Positions 1 to 10,906 of a stretch of 64,000 nucleotides of DNA are shown here, one piece after another; position 1 is the first letter of the stretch, and the number at the start of each line of letters is the position of its first letter. The position numbers and the translations under genes were made by a program. This DNA comes from Dehalococcoidia bacterium. Lineage in GTDB: Bacteria; Chloroflexota; Dehalococcoidia; SZUA-161; SpSt-899. The DNA lies in the NCBI GenBank assembly GCA_028711995.1, contig JAQTRE010000002.1:1704-65703 (forward strand). Reading direction: 5' to 3'. The notes under the pieces were generated by a model that worked only from the letters and a program-made list of their open reading frames with translations, did no database searches and was not told where the DNA came from.

Positions 1-2111
1 CCAGGGTCAAACTTATCGATATTGGCATAGGTCACAAAGAAAGAATAGGTGTTCCAAAGCGTCAGGAGGAAACGGCGCAAGCCTTCCAGAATGGCCTCGG
101 CGGAAAAACGGCGCACATTGCCCGGAGGCGATGAAGTTACCAGATACCAGCGCAAGGCATCGGCTCCGTAGGTGTTGATTACCTGCCATGGTTCGACCAC
201 ATTCCCCTTGGATTTGCTCATCTTCTCACCCTCGGCATCGAGGATGTGGCCCAGACAGATCACATTCTTGAAGCTGGGCTGATCGAAAACGAGTTCGGAA
301 ATGGCATGTAAACTGTAAAACCAACCCCGGGTCTGGTCGATGGCCTCGCAGATGTAATCCGCCGGAAAACGGCCATCGGTGAGCAGGGTCTTGTTCTCGA
401 AATTGTAGTGGAACTGCGCAAAAGGCATCGCGCCGGAATCAAACCAGCAATCGATGACCTCTGGAACCCGGCGCATTGTGTTGCCGCATTGGCAAGCGAA
501 CGTGATCCCATCCACCCATGGACGGTGGAAGTCCGGCTCACCCGCGATTCCGGCTACGCCAGGCTTGCTCTGAAGTTCCTCAAATCCGCCGATGCATTCC
601 ACTTTGCCGCATGCTTCGCATTTCCATACCGGCAGCGGAGTGCCCCAGTATCGTTCGCGAGAGAAAGCCCAGTCAACATTGTTTTGCAGCCAATCGCCAA
701 ACCTGCCGCGCTTAATATGATCCGGGTACCAGTTGATCTGCTCATTACCCTGAAGAAGGGCCCCTTTTCTGGCAGTGGTCTTGATGTACCAGGAAGGCTT
801 GGCGTAATAAAGAAGCGGCGTGGCGCAACGCCAGCAGAAGGGGTAAGTATGTTTGATGGTCTCCTTCCGATAGAGAAGGCCGCGCGATTTCAGGTCCTTC
901 AGAATAAGAGGATCGGCATCCTTAACGAACAGCCCCTTAAAGGAATATTCGCCCGCCATTTTCCCCTGCAAATCTACGGGCTTAACCAGCGGAAGGTTAT
1001 TCGCCTTCCCCATCTCGAAGTCGATCTCGCCAAAAGCCGGCGCGATATGCACAATGCCCGTGCCGTCGTCCATGGAAACGAAGTCGCCAGCGACCACAGG
1101 GAACTGGGGCGGGAAGTCTTCGACTCCCCATTCCCATACCCACTCGCCATCTCTGTATAGCCGGATATCGGGCACCTTGTATTCAAGCGGGTCGTACAGA
1201 GGCTCATAACGGATCCCAACGAGATCGCGGCCAAAGATTGGCTGATCAGTATCAACCCGATGATATCCTTCAAATCCTACACTTTCTACTCGCGCCAGGG
1301 CGAGAATGAGATACTCATTCTCGTTCTGCAATAAGATGTATTCCGAATCCGGGGCAACTGCCAGAGCCGTGTTTCCCGGAAGGGTCCATGGTGTGGTGGT
1401 CCACGCCAGCAAATATACGGGCTTGTCCTCCGGCAGACGGGGCAGGTTTTCTCCTTTGGATTCACTCCGATGGAGCTTAAACTTTATGTAAACCGAAGGG
1501 TCCGGCGTGTCATCCTTGTACCCCAGCGCTACCTCATGGGAACTGAGGGAAGTTCCGCATCGGGGACAGTGCGGAGTCACCCGATATCCCTGATAAACAA
1601 GTCCTTTATCCCAGAGCTGCTTGATCAGCCACCAACACGTTTCGATGTAGCTGTTATTGTAAGTGATATAGGGATGGTCTAGGTCAATCCAGAAACCAAT
1701 CCGCTCAGTCAAGTCATTCCACAGGCCGATATTCCCCGTTACCTTCTCGCGGCATTTGGCGTTGAAGTTCCCGATCCCGTAGGATTCAATCTCCGTCTTG
1801 GAAGAAAACCCCAGCGCCTCCTCGATTCCCAACTCCACCGGCAACCCGTGAGTGTCCCACCCGGCAATACGGGGAGTGTAATAGCCGCGCATAGCCTTAT
1901 ACCGAGGGAACACGTCCTTGAAGACTCGCGATAGTACATGATGGATGCCGGGGCTGGCGTTAACCGTCGGCGGGCCATCGTAGAGCATATAGAGAGGTCC
2001 GTCTGAGCGTTGCTTCACGCTTTTACGAAAAACATTCTCCTCCCGCCAGAACCGGAGAATGTTCTGCTCAAGATCAGGAAAATTAGGCTTGTTGGATACG
2101 GGTCGGAACAT
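1..2111 (-). CDS. ileS: Isoleucyl-tRNA synthetase, N-terminal ~700 aa. The gene continues past the window start, so the C-terminus is missing. It is not in the ORF track because it has no in-window stop.
   Basis: The reverse-complement reading frame is continuous from the ATG at 2111-2109 to position 1. Translation gives class I aaRS hallmarks: PPTVNASPGIHHVLSRV (HIGH-type motif), GWDTHGLPVE, TTTPWTLPGN, WAFSRERYWGTPLPVW, DQTRGWFYS and KMSKSKGNVV (KMSKS, encoded near 200-230). All plus-strand ORFs in 260-2100 are antisense shadows. Confidence 0.85.
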   Translation of the reverse strand, partial: MFRPVSNKPNFPDLEQNILRFWREENVFRKSVKQRSDGPLYMLYDGPPTVNASPGIHHVLSRVFKDVFPRYKAMRGYYTPRIAGWDTHGLPVELGIEEALGFSSKTEIESYGIGNFNAKCREKVTGNIGLWNDLTERIGFWIDLDHPYITYNNSYIETCWWLIKQLWDKGLVYQGYRVTPHCPRCGTSLSSHEVALGYKDDTPDPSVYIKFKLHRSESKGENLPRLPEDKPVYLLAWTTTPWTLPGNTALAVAPDSEYILLQNENEYLILALARVESVGFEGYHRVDTDQPIFGRDLVGIRYEPLYDPLEYKVPDIRLYRDGEWVWEWGVEDFPPQFPVVAGDFVSMDDGTGIVHIAPAFGEIDFEMGKANNLPLVKPVDLQGKMAGEYSFKGLFVKDADPLILKDLKSRGLLYRKETIKHTYPFCWRCATPLLYYAKPSWYIKTTARKGALLQGNEQINWYPDHIKRGRFGDWLQNNVDWAFSRERYWGTPLPVWKCEACGKVECIGGFEELQSKPGVAGIAGEPDFHRPWVDGITFACQCGNTMRRVPEVIDCWFDSGAMPFAQFHYNFENKTLLTDGRFPADYICEAIDQTRGWFYSLHAISELVFDQPSFKNVICLGHILDAEGEKMSKSKGNVVEPWQVINTYGADALRWYLVTSSPPGNVRRFSAEAILEGLRRFLLTLWNTYSFFVTYANIDKFDP

Positions 2112-2169
2112 CAGGAATCTTTACCTCTGCCAGAGTGACATCCTTATTGATTGCTGCTTCGCTTGGGGA

Positions 2170-2856
2170 TTATTCGGGGGATACAACAACCTTGCGATTA
2201 TCACCAAAACCGATGCTGCCAGTGGTAACCGCTGGCGTATCTTTCAGTGTGATGTGTATGATTCTCCGCTCCGACGCTGGCATGGCCTCCAGCGTTATGG
2301 GCCTCTTGGAGGAGCTCACTACATCCGCAACCCTCAGGGCCAGGGCTTCCAACTCCTTCTGCCGCCGCTTCCGATATCCGCCAACATCAATGGTGACTCT
2401 GGCATTGCTTTCAAACTTCCGGCTGACCATGAAATTCACAATATACTGCAATGCCATGAGGCTCTGTCCCCGTCGCCCAATTAGAATCCCGAGATCGCCA
2501 TCGCTAATCTCGATCACCATGGGAGACTGATCATTTCCCTCTCCAGTCACCTCAACAGTGGCTGGCACATCCATCAGGGAGAGGAGCTTCTCCGTCGCCT
2601 CTCTGGCCACATCCGCCAGAGCGCTGATTTCTACCGGTGACTCACTCTCTTCTATTATCTCGTCGTCTGCTGATATCAGCGGGGTCACTCTGACCTTTGC
2701 ATCCTCCCCTCCCCATCGAAAGATGCCGCTCTTCCCCTCCTGTAATACCTCGATCGTTACTTCAGAGCGGCTCAGTCCCAGCTTGCTTAAAGCCAGATTA
2801 ACGGCTTCATCAACGTTTTTTGCGCTTATTTCCAGCGGTTCCATCCCGTTTACCAT
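2170..2856 (-). CDS. khpB: Jag/KhpB RNA-binding protein (Jag_N + KH + R3H domains). The track ORF runs to 2961, but the true start is probably the internal ATG (MVNGMEPLEIS) just after the yidC stop.
   Basis: MEPLEISAKNVDEAVNLALSKLGLSRSEVTIEVLQEG matches the Jag N-terminal domain. The C-terminus ...ERRIIHITLKD... is an R3H domain. It sits immediately downstream of yidC, which is the conserved position. Confidence 0.8.
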   Translation of the reverse strand: MVNGMEPLEISAKNVDEAVNLALSKLGLSRSEVTIEVLQEGKSGIFRWGGEDAKVRVTPLISADDEIIEESESPVEISALADVAREATEKLLSLMDVPATVEVTGEGNDQSPMVIEISDGDLGILIGRRGQSLMALQYIVNFMVSRKFESNARVTIDVGGYRKRRQKELEALALRVADVVSSSKRPITLEAMPASERRIIHITLKDTPAVTTGSIGFGDNRKVVVSPE

Positions 2857-3703
2857 CCTCTGCAATTGTACTTGCTTTGGTTTTCTTATTGGCCGATTTG
2901 AGATTCTTTGTAATGTTGGCGGAATAAGGTATTTCCTTCTTCTTCTTGGGCTCCTTTGCATCCGGGCCAGACGAAGTTCTGCCAGGTAACACGTTTGCCA
3001 GCTCTCCCCAATTCCCCATCACAAAATACTGCATGATGATGCGGAAGAGGTTCCCAACTACCACATATAGACCCAGTCCGCTGGGGAAAGCCATAAAGAT
3101 TAATCCAAACATGATGGGCATCATCCATTGCATCATGTTCTGCATTTGCTGCTGCTGGGGATCTGTCGATGGTGTGGCGGACATCTTTTGAGAAATCCAC
3201 ATGGACGCCATAATCAGGAGGGTGATGAATAAGTTGGGAGCGGCCATATCCAGCCAGAGAAAACTGTTATCTGGAGGTACGGCTTGCTGAACAGGTGACC
3301 ATGAATAGAGGTTCTGGGACAGCCCAAAGAGGCGCTCCGGCGTCGTTGCGAGGGATTGCATAATAGCCTGGTAGAGAGCAATCAGAATAGGCATTTGCAC
3401 CAGCAGCGGAAAGACACAGCCTAGGGGGTTTACTCCAGATTCCTTATAGAGCTTTAGAGTCTCTTGTTGAAGCTTTGCTTTATCCTTGGCGTATTTTTTC
3501 TGCAGTTCCTTCATCTTGGGCTGCAGCATCTGCATTGACTTGGTGGCTCTAAGCTGGCGTAGCGTCAAGGGAAGAACCGCCAGATTCACCAGTATCGTCA
3601 GGGCGATGATCGCCATTCCGAAACTGCCTCCAAATACTCCGGATAACACCAAGAGGCCATTGATCAGCGGTTCAAGCAGGATTTTATGCCAGAGTTCAAT
3701 CAA
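2810..3703 (-). CDS. yidC: Membrane protein insertase YidC, short form (297 aa, Gram-positive/Oxa1-like)
   Basis: Multi-TM protein with the YidC/Oxa1 core, a lysine-rich C-terminal tail and the conserved position in the rnpA-yidD-yidC-jag operon. Confidence 0.9.
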   Translation of the reverse strand: MIELWHKILLEPLINGLLVLSGVFGGSFGMAIIALTILVNLAVLPLTLRQLRATKSMQMLQPKMKELQKKYAKDKAKLQQETLKLYKESGVNPLGCVFPLLVQMPILIALYQAIMQSLATTPERLFGLSQNLYSWSPVQQAVPPDNSFLWLDMAAPNLFITLLIMASMWISQKMSATPSTDPQQQQMQNMMQWMMPIMFGLIFMAFPSGLGLYVVVGNLFRIIMQYFVMGNWGELANVLPGRTSSGPDAKEPKKKKEIPYSANITKNLKSANKKTKASTIAEDGKRDGTAGNKRKKR

Positions 3704-3715
3704 GGTTCTTCCTCG

Positions 3716-4891
3716 CTATTTCTGATCCAGCGATGCTAACAAAAGCGAGACGCCTGTTTGGGCATCCAGCGCATAGAGATCATCATGCCGATTGAGATAA
3801 TAGACGGTATTGCCCTCGACCCACGGGTCGGCGTATATCTTTCCCAGATTCTGAGGCAGCCACTTCTCCTTGCCTGTTTCAAGGTCGATTCCATAGACAA
3901 AACCCTGATCAGACTTGCAGGCTACCAGTAGCAAATTATGTTCAGGAACAACGACTGTGGCTGACCTGATCGGTCCTGCAGTTGATACCGGTGGGCTCCA
4001 TCTGGATTTACCCGTAGCGGCATCGATGGCATAGACGTTTTTATCCAGCGAGCCAATATAGATCGTGCCGTTGTGGTATGCAGCTTTGCTCCAGAACCAG
4101 TCATTTGCCTTGAAAGGTTCATCCCACTTTTGATCGCCCGTTTCGGCATCAAGGGCATAGAATTTACCCTCGAAGGTGCCAACGTAGATGGTGCCATCGA
4201 CAATCAAGGGTTCCGCTGCAACTGGTGCGTCGAATCCCTTTTCCCAGAAGAGCTTGCCCGAGGCCAGAGTGACGGCATAAAGCTTGTGCCCGAGGCTGCC
4301 GAAATAGACTTTGTCGCCCGCAATAGCCGGGCTCGACCATATTTTACCGCTGGCTTTGAAGGGTTTAGCCCAGAGAAGGGTGCCATCCGAGGTATTGATG
4401 GCATACAGCTTGTTGTTGGACGCCACGACGAGCGTGGTCCCGGAAAGCACAGGGCTGGCGACAATGGGACCTTTTGTCTCTACAGGCCGCCACATCTCCA
4501 TGCCGGTTATTGCATCTACAGCGTAAATTTTCCCGTCATACGCAGCAATGTAGGCAATTCCGTCCGAGACAACGGGTGCACCGTAGTTGACCAGGTCCGA
4601 AGAGGTGGTCGATTCACATCCGAAGAAATTTGTTTGTTTTTCTCCGATTCTGGGGGTCAGATTGACGGGAACCTTGCCTGGATTTGACAGGTCTATGGCC
4701 AAGAACATGCCGTTCTTCTGCGAAGTGGCATAGAGGGTATTGTCGGATACTACTGGGCCAGCCCATCCGTCAGGGGTAGATATGCGCCCCACACATCCTA
4801 CAAGGAACAAGCTACAGAGGAGGAGGATGAACAGGAGCTTCGCGACTGGTTTAATTTGTGAAATTGGCATCGGTCTATATAAAAATTGCAT
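3716..4891 (-). CDS. PQQ-repeat beta-propeller lipoprotein, BamB-like (391 aa)
   Basis: Signal peptide with a lipobox (LFLVGCVG). Repeated YA.D..TG...W / G.VY.G blades are typical of PQQ-like/BamB beta-propellers. It is inserted between yidD and yidC. Confidence 0.7.
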   Translation of the reverse strand: MQFLYRPMPISQIKPVAKLLFILLLCSLFLVGCVGRISTPDGWAGPVVSDNTLYATSQKNGMFLAIDLSNPGKVPVNLTPRIGEKQTNFFGCESTTSSDLVNYGAPVVSDGIAYIAAYDGKIYAVDAITGMEMWRPVETKGPIVASPVLSGTTLVVASNNKLYAINTSDGTLLWAKPFKASGKIWSSPAIAGDKVYFGSLGHKLYAVTLASGKLFWEKGFDAPVAAEPLIVDGTIYVGTFEGKFYALDAETGDQKWDEPFKANDWFWSKAAYHNGTIYIGSLDKNVYAIDAATGKSRWSPPVSTAGPIRSATVVVPEHNLLLVACKSDQGFVYGIDLETGKEKWLPQNLGKIYADPWVEGNTVYYLNRHDDLYALDAQTGVSLLLASLDQK

Positions 4892-4902
4892 AAATTAAAA
4901 AC

Positions 4903-5112
4903 TTAAGGCACCGGGTCTACTCCGCCCTTGGCAAAGGGATTACATCGGACAATGCGCTTGGCGGTCAGCCACCCGCCTTTCAAAAACCCATATCGGCTGA
5001 TCGCTTCATACCCGTACTCCGAGCATGTTGGCTGATAGCGGCAGGCAGGTGGCAATACAGGGGAAATTGCTTTCTTATAGAAGCTGATCAAGGCCAGGGC
5101 AATCTTCTTCAT
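4903..5112 (-). CDS. yidD: Membrane protein insertion efficiency factor YidD
   Basis: 69 aa, ...[26 protein letters not shown]... is the YidD signature, and it lies directly after rnpA. Confidence 0.9.
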   Translation of the reverse strand: MKKIALALISFYKKAISPVLPPACRYQPTCSEYGYEAISRYGFLKGGWLTAKRIVRCNPFAKGGVDPVP

Positions 5113-5460
5113 CTAGTTTCTCACCAGTAGATCGGCTCGATTCATTAGCCCGATCAAGGCTGCCTCTATATCATCATAGCGCGCCCCGGCAGCTCGATTT
5201 CTAGCGATGATCACGATGTCCCAGCCCGGTTGAATCGGATTCAGCCTCACCGCCTCACGCAAGAGCCGTTTTACCCTGTTTCGTAAGACGGCCTTTTTCC
5301 CTACTTTTTTGCTGACAACAAAGCAAAACCGACTGACCTCCAAGCCGTTTGGCATGGCTCTCAGGACCATAAAGTCATTAGCCGAAGCCTTCCCGCACTT
5401 GAAGACTGCATCGATTTGCGAACCCCTGTTAAGCCGTTCCCCTCTTCGCATCTGTGCCAA
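5113..5460 (-). CDS. rnpA: Ribonuclease P protein component
   Basis: 115 aa basic protein (…KKVGKKAVLRNRVKRLLREA…) in the RnpA family, immediately downstream of rpmH. Confidence 0.9.
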   Translation of the reverse strand: MAQMRRGERLNRGSQIDAVFKCGKASANDFMVLRAMPNGLEVSRFCFVVSKKVGKKAVLRNRVKRLLREAVRLNPIQPGWDIVIIARNRAAGARYDDIEAALIGLMNRADLLVRN

Positions 5461-5480
5461 GCGATGTATTCTTGCACAGT

Positions 5481-5618
5481 CTATACAGTCAATTTATGAC
5501 GACCTGCCAGTCGCCTTCGGCTCAAAACTGCTCGCCCGTCCTTTGTGCTCATCCTGTGCAAAAAACCGTGCTTGCGTTTCCTGGGAATTTTCTTTGGTTG
5601 ATAAGTTCTTTTTGGCAT
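5481..5618 (-). CDS. rpmH: 50S ribosomal protein L34 (45 aa). Absent from the ORF track because it is under the size cutoff.
   Basis: Hand translation of the reverse complement gives [45 protein letters not shown] followed by a stop. This is the canonical L34 sequence, in the canonical position ahead of rnpA. Confidence 0.9.
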   Translation of the reverse strand: MPKRTYQPKKIPRKRKHGFLHRMSTKDGRAVLSRRRLAGRHKLTV

Positions 5619-5644
5619 TTCTCTTGTCCTTAAATACGTAGCGT

Positions 5645-5674
5645 ATTATACCCTTATATGAGTTCTCTTGGCAA
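5645..5674 (-). promoter_or_regulatory. Candidate sigma-70 promoter for the rpmH-rnpA-yidD-yidC-jag operon
   Basis: On the minus strand: TTGCCA (-35), 18 nt, TATAAT (-10; the plus strand reads attata at 5645-5650). The -35 lies in the loop of an 8-bp hairpin (gagttctc/gagaactc, 5660-5687) that may also terminate gyrB. Confidence 0.45.
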
Positions 5675-5703
5675 CCAATGAGAACTCAGTTCTTCATCAG
5701 TCT

Positions 5704-7695
<1,992 letters not shown>

Positions 7696-8137
7696 TTACA
7701 GTTCTACCCTGCGCGTATTGATTATTACCGAAACCATCACCTGCAATCCGATTTCCTGGTGAACGTTGCCGTAATCATTGTAGTATGAATGACTCCCATG
7801 AGTCAATTGGATACCGATATTATGTCATTTCCTCGATGGCTTTGTTCGGAACTATTTTTCAAAGTGTTCTAGTGGACTGACTCAAGCCCGTTTTCCCCCA
7901 CTTTTTTGGGGAATTCTACAAGGGCATATTGCGTTAAGCCCCTATAGATATATCGCGTACAGTCGGGATCAGGAATGTATCACCGCTCTCTCGAAAGCCT
8001 CCGTTGGGATTGACACCGATGATGTTACATGTCGCCGGTTTTGCATGAGGAATAGAGGCCGGGAAGTCAATTGAAAGTCTGCCGGAATCGGACGTTCATG
8101 CCATTTCAATCAAAAGGGTATATCCCTTAGGATACCA

Positions 8138-8440
8138 TCAGTGTCTGATTTCGAAATTGCTGAAACTCTTGGTGTACGCTTCCCACTTGATGTCTATTTC
8201 CTCTACCCTCGCTCCGGATGGCCCAGCCTTGAGACGAGTTGCGAGCTCTTCCAGCTTTGCTCTCTCTCCCTCAGCAACCACCTGAACCGATCTTTCTACG
8301 AGAAGGTTTCTCACGTATCCAGTGAGCCCCAGGCGTCTCGCTTGCTCTTCGGCGAAAGCGCGGAAGTATACTCCCTGCACTCGGCCGTGCACTATGGCTG
8401 ATAGGCAGGCGAGTTCAGTCAGGCTATGCCCAGTTACCAT
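8138..8440 (-). CDS. acyP: Acylphosphatase
   Basis: VHGRVQGVYFRAF…GLTGYVRN…VVAEGE match the acylphosphatase signatures 1 and 2. Confidence 0.8.
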   Translation of the reverse strand: MVTGHSLTELACLSAIVHGRVQGVYFRAFAEEQARRLGLTGYVRNLLVERSVQVVAEGERAKLEELATRLKAGPSGARVEEIDIKWEAYTKSFSNFEIRH

Positions 8441-8466
8441 GGGGATTCTACGGTTCTCCCCACCTA

Positions 8467-8631
8467 CTATCCCTCTTGCTCAGACTCAGTCTTCCTAGGT
8501 GGTCTTTGTTTCTTGATCACTTCCACCGACGGTGGAGGTGGCAGGATGCTGCTGACACTCTTGATTTTCTTGGTGTCCTTCTTGGGCTTCTTTGTTTCTT
8601 TATGCGGGTAGTCTCCCTTTTTTGCCGCCAT
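8467..8631 (-). CDS. Small lysine-rich hypothetical protein (54 aa). Speculative.
   Basis: Hand translation gives MAAKKGDYPHKETKKPKKDTKKIKSVSSILPPPPSVEVIKKQRPPRKTESEQEG. It is an intact ORF but has no recognisable family. Confidence 0.25.
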   Translation of the reverse strand: MAAKKGDYPHKETKKPKKDTKKIKSVSSILPPPPSVEVIKKQRPPRKTESEQEG

Positions 8632-8769
8632 GTTTGCACCTCATGTGTCTTATTGTGATTGGACGGAAGAAATAAGTGATTAGAGTGTAGCAAAGCAAGG
8701 TGACAGTGTAAAGAAGATCGGGATACGTCTGCGCTATTGGTTCCTCCGATGAAACGTCACACGGGCGAA

Positions 8770-10461
8770 CTAAATCCCGGAGGCTTTCTCCGGCTCCGAC
8801 CGTGGAGATGTGGACTCTACACTGATATTCCGCTTCCCCTGCAGGGGGATTTCTTTGAGGAAGACTGTGGCTGCCAATGCAATCAGCGCCACGATTAATC
8901 CTATAAGAAATACCTCGGTGATGGCCGAGGAAAGCGCGTGCCGTAGCGCGTCCACGAGTTGTTGGAACAGCCCTTCGCCTTGGGGGCCCAGCTGGTTGAA
9001 CTGGGAATGAAGTTGCTCCTGAGCTTCAGGACTGACAAGCGCTTGTGGGTTGTGTGCCATTGATGAAAGTTGCCCCTGCTGTAGGGCATCCTTGACACTT
9101 GGTGGGACTGCGTGCGTCAGGTCAGAGGAGAATCGGTTGGTCATCACCGAGCCAAAGACAGCCAGCCCCAGAGTGCCGCCAATAGAGCGAATGAACTGAA
9201 TGGACGATGTGGCCACGCCCATCAGGCGGTAGGGGACCGCGTTCTGAACAGCAATAGTAAAGACGGGCATTGTTATGCCAAGCCCGAATCCCATAAGCGC
9301 AATGTTAAAGATCGTCTGCCCGTGTGTGGTACCTACCGTCATCCGGGAAAGCAAGCCTGTACCAAGCGCCATGACCGTTAACCCCACCAGCGCTTGAGTC
9401 CGATAGTGGCCTCCCATGCGGGAAAGTGCCTGTCCGGAAAGAATACTGCCAGCTACCATTCCCAGCATCATAGGGGTGAGGAAACTACCGCTGCTGGTCG
9501 CCGATGAACCCAGCACCCCCTGGAAAAAGAGCGGGATGAACACAATACCGCCGAACATGCCGAATCCGGTGAGAAAAGTGGCGATCATCGAAATGCCAAT
9601 AATACGGCCCCGAAAGATACTAAGGGGGATAAGGGGCTCAACGGCACGCGACTCCACCCAAAAGAAAAGGCCGGCTGAAATTACTCCAAAGGCTAACGTC
9701 CCGATGATCTGTGCTGAAATCCATGCATATTCCGACCCACCCCAGGAGAGACCCAGTAGAATGGGTACCACCGCCAGCACCAGCGTAATCACGCCCAGAT
9801 AATCAAGGCGCTGTCCGGTGGCTGCCGGTTGCACCTTGGGAAAGAACAGGATAAAGAAAATGATCGCCGGGATACCGACCGGGATGTTGATGAAGAAAAT
9901 CCAGTGCCATGAAAGGTTATCGGTAACAAAGCCTCCGATCATGGGGCCGATCACAGCTGATAGGCCAAAGACCGCAGTGATAATCCCGGAATACTTACCC
10001 CGCTCTGCAGGCGGAAAGAGATCTCCGATAATGATGAAGGAATTGGCCATCATCACTCCAGCACCGATGCCCTGGAAGGCCCGGAAAAGAATGAGCTGGG
10101 TCATCGTCTGGCTGAGCCCTGAGAGAATAGATCCCAGCAGAAAGATGGCAATCCCGACGATGCAAATCCATTTTCTCCCGTAAATATCCGTCAGCTTGCC
10201 TATAATGGGTACTACCGTGGTGGAGGTTACCAAATAGGCTGTGGTCACCCAGGTATAATGGGCGAATCCGCCGAGGTCGGCGATGATACGTGGCATGGCA
10301 GTGCCCACTACTGTCGAGTCCATAGACGACAAAAACATGGCCAGCATCACTGCGGCCATGGTGAGCACTATCTGGCGTCTGGGTAAAGAGTGGAATCCTG
10401 CGGTGTCGCCCCCGTCCCAGCCGTGATCCTTTGTTTCTGTCTGATCCGTTTTCGGCATCAT
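8770..10461 (-). CDS. MFS transporter, DHA2 (EmrB/QacA-like, 14-TMS) drug:H+ antiporter family. The likely start is MMPKTDQ; the track ORF extends to 10530.
   Basis: Hydrophobic multi-TM protein with the MFS motifs (…[11 protein letters not shown]…) and about 14 predicted helices. Confidence 0.8.
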   Translation of the reverse strand: MMPKTDQTETKDHGWDGGDTAGFHSLPRRQIVLTMAAVMLAMFLSSMDSTVVGTAMPRIIADLGGFAHYTWVTTAYLVTSTTVVPIIGKLTDIYGRKWICIVGIAIFLLGSILSGLSQTMTQLILFRAFQGIGAGVMMANSFIIIGDLFPPAERGKYSGIITAVFGLSAVIGPMIGGFVTDNLSWHWIFFINIPVGIPAIIFFILFFPKVQPAATGQRLDYLGVITLVLAVVPILLGLSWGGSEYAWISAQIIGTLAFGVISAGLFFWVESRAVEPLIPLSIFRGRIIGISMIATFLTGFGMFGGIVFIPLFFQGVLGSSATSSGSFLTPMMLGMVAGSILSGQALSRMGGHYRTQALVGLTVMALGTGLLSRMTVGTTHGQTIFNIALMGFGLGITMPVFTIAVQNAVPYRLMGVATSSIQFIRSIGGTLGLAVFGSVMTNRFSSDLTHAVPPSVKDALQQGQLSSMAHNPQALVSPEAQEQLHSQFNQLGPQGEGLFQQLVDALRHALSSAITEVFLIGLIVALIALAATVFLKEIPLQGKRNISVESTSPRSEPEKASGI

Positions 10462-10596
10462 ATGCTTCTCTGAAGATGTCTTGATGCATTCTCCGGTGCA
10501 GAACGAGGAATATCCGCGCCGTTGTGTCAATACCCCATCTCAGATGCTGGTTTTCCGCATCAACGCTCCCCTATCTGAGGACTCTTCACATTGGTT

Positions 10597-10619
10597 GATA
10601 GTTTATCGAATAAACTATC
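10597..10619. promoter_or_regulatory. Perfect 9-bp inverted repeat GATAGTTTA-n5-TAAACTATC (candidate operator) in the divergent MFS/pfkA intergenic region
   Basis: The palindrome was read directly from the sequence. It lies about 100-150 bp upstream of the MFS efflux gene start. Confidence 0.35.
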
Positions 10620-10767
10620 TCGTGTCAAGCATTCTAAGACCACCTCAAAACAGGGATGAGTGAGCCCGCACATTTTTTGTCTTCAGGCTTGCGCAGTTAC
10701 CGTGGAGGAGGTTATGAGGAAAATCGGAGCATTTCAAAAACTTCAGCGGCTTCTTGACATGAAGTGC

Positions 10768-10796
10768 AGACAAAGCTAGAATTGCACCAAAGTGCA
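10768..10796 (+). promoter_or_regulatory. Candidate sigma-70 promoter for pfkA (TTGACA-17-TAGAAT)
   Basis: ttgacatgaagtgcagacaaagctagaat was read about 110 bp upstream of the pfkA start. A short tgcac-n4-gtgca palindrome follows it. Confidence 0.4.
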
Positions 10797-10906
10797 CAAC
10801 TGCTACAGTCGAATGTTGGTCTCAGGCAGTGGCTCTCTACTACAAGATCGGCTGGTTCGAGGAGGGTAGGGAGTGGGTAGGTTATGGGATTCCAGGAGGT
10901 TTTGAG

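Noticed and set aside
260-2100. Plus- and minus-strand ORFs in the track (408-1160, 518-715, 974-1273, 1306-1491, 1470-1682, 1739-1978, 2059-2530)
   Set aside because: They lie within or antisense to the continuous ileS reading frame on the minus strand, which shows unmistakable IleRS motifs. They have no motifs of their own and are treated as shadow ORFs.
4073-4687. 204-aa plus-strand ORF and neighbours (3922-4203, 4204-4464, 4311-4526)
   Set aside because: Antisense shadows of the PQQ beta-propeller lipoprotein gene, with no domain signal.
9112-10489. ORFs 9112-9381, 9416-9802, 9818-10183 (+) and 9995-10489 (-)
   Set aside because: They overlap the DHA2 MFS transporter gene in other frames. 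They are Arg/Pro-rich with low-complexity translations typical of off-frame GC-rich coding DNA.
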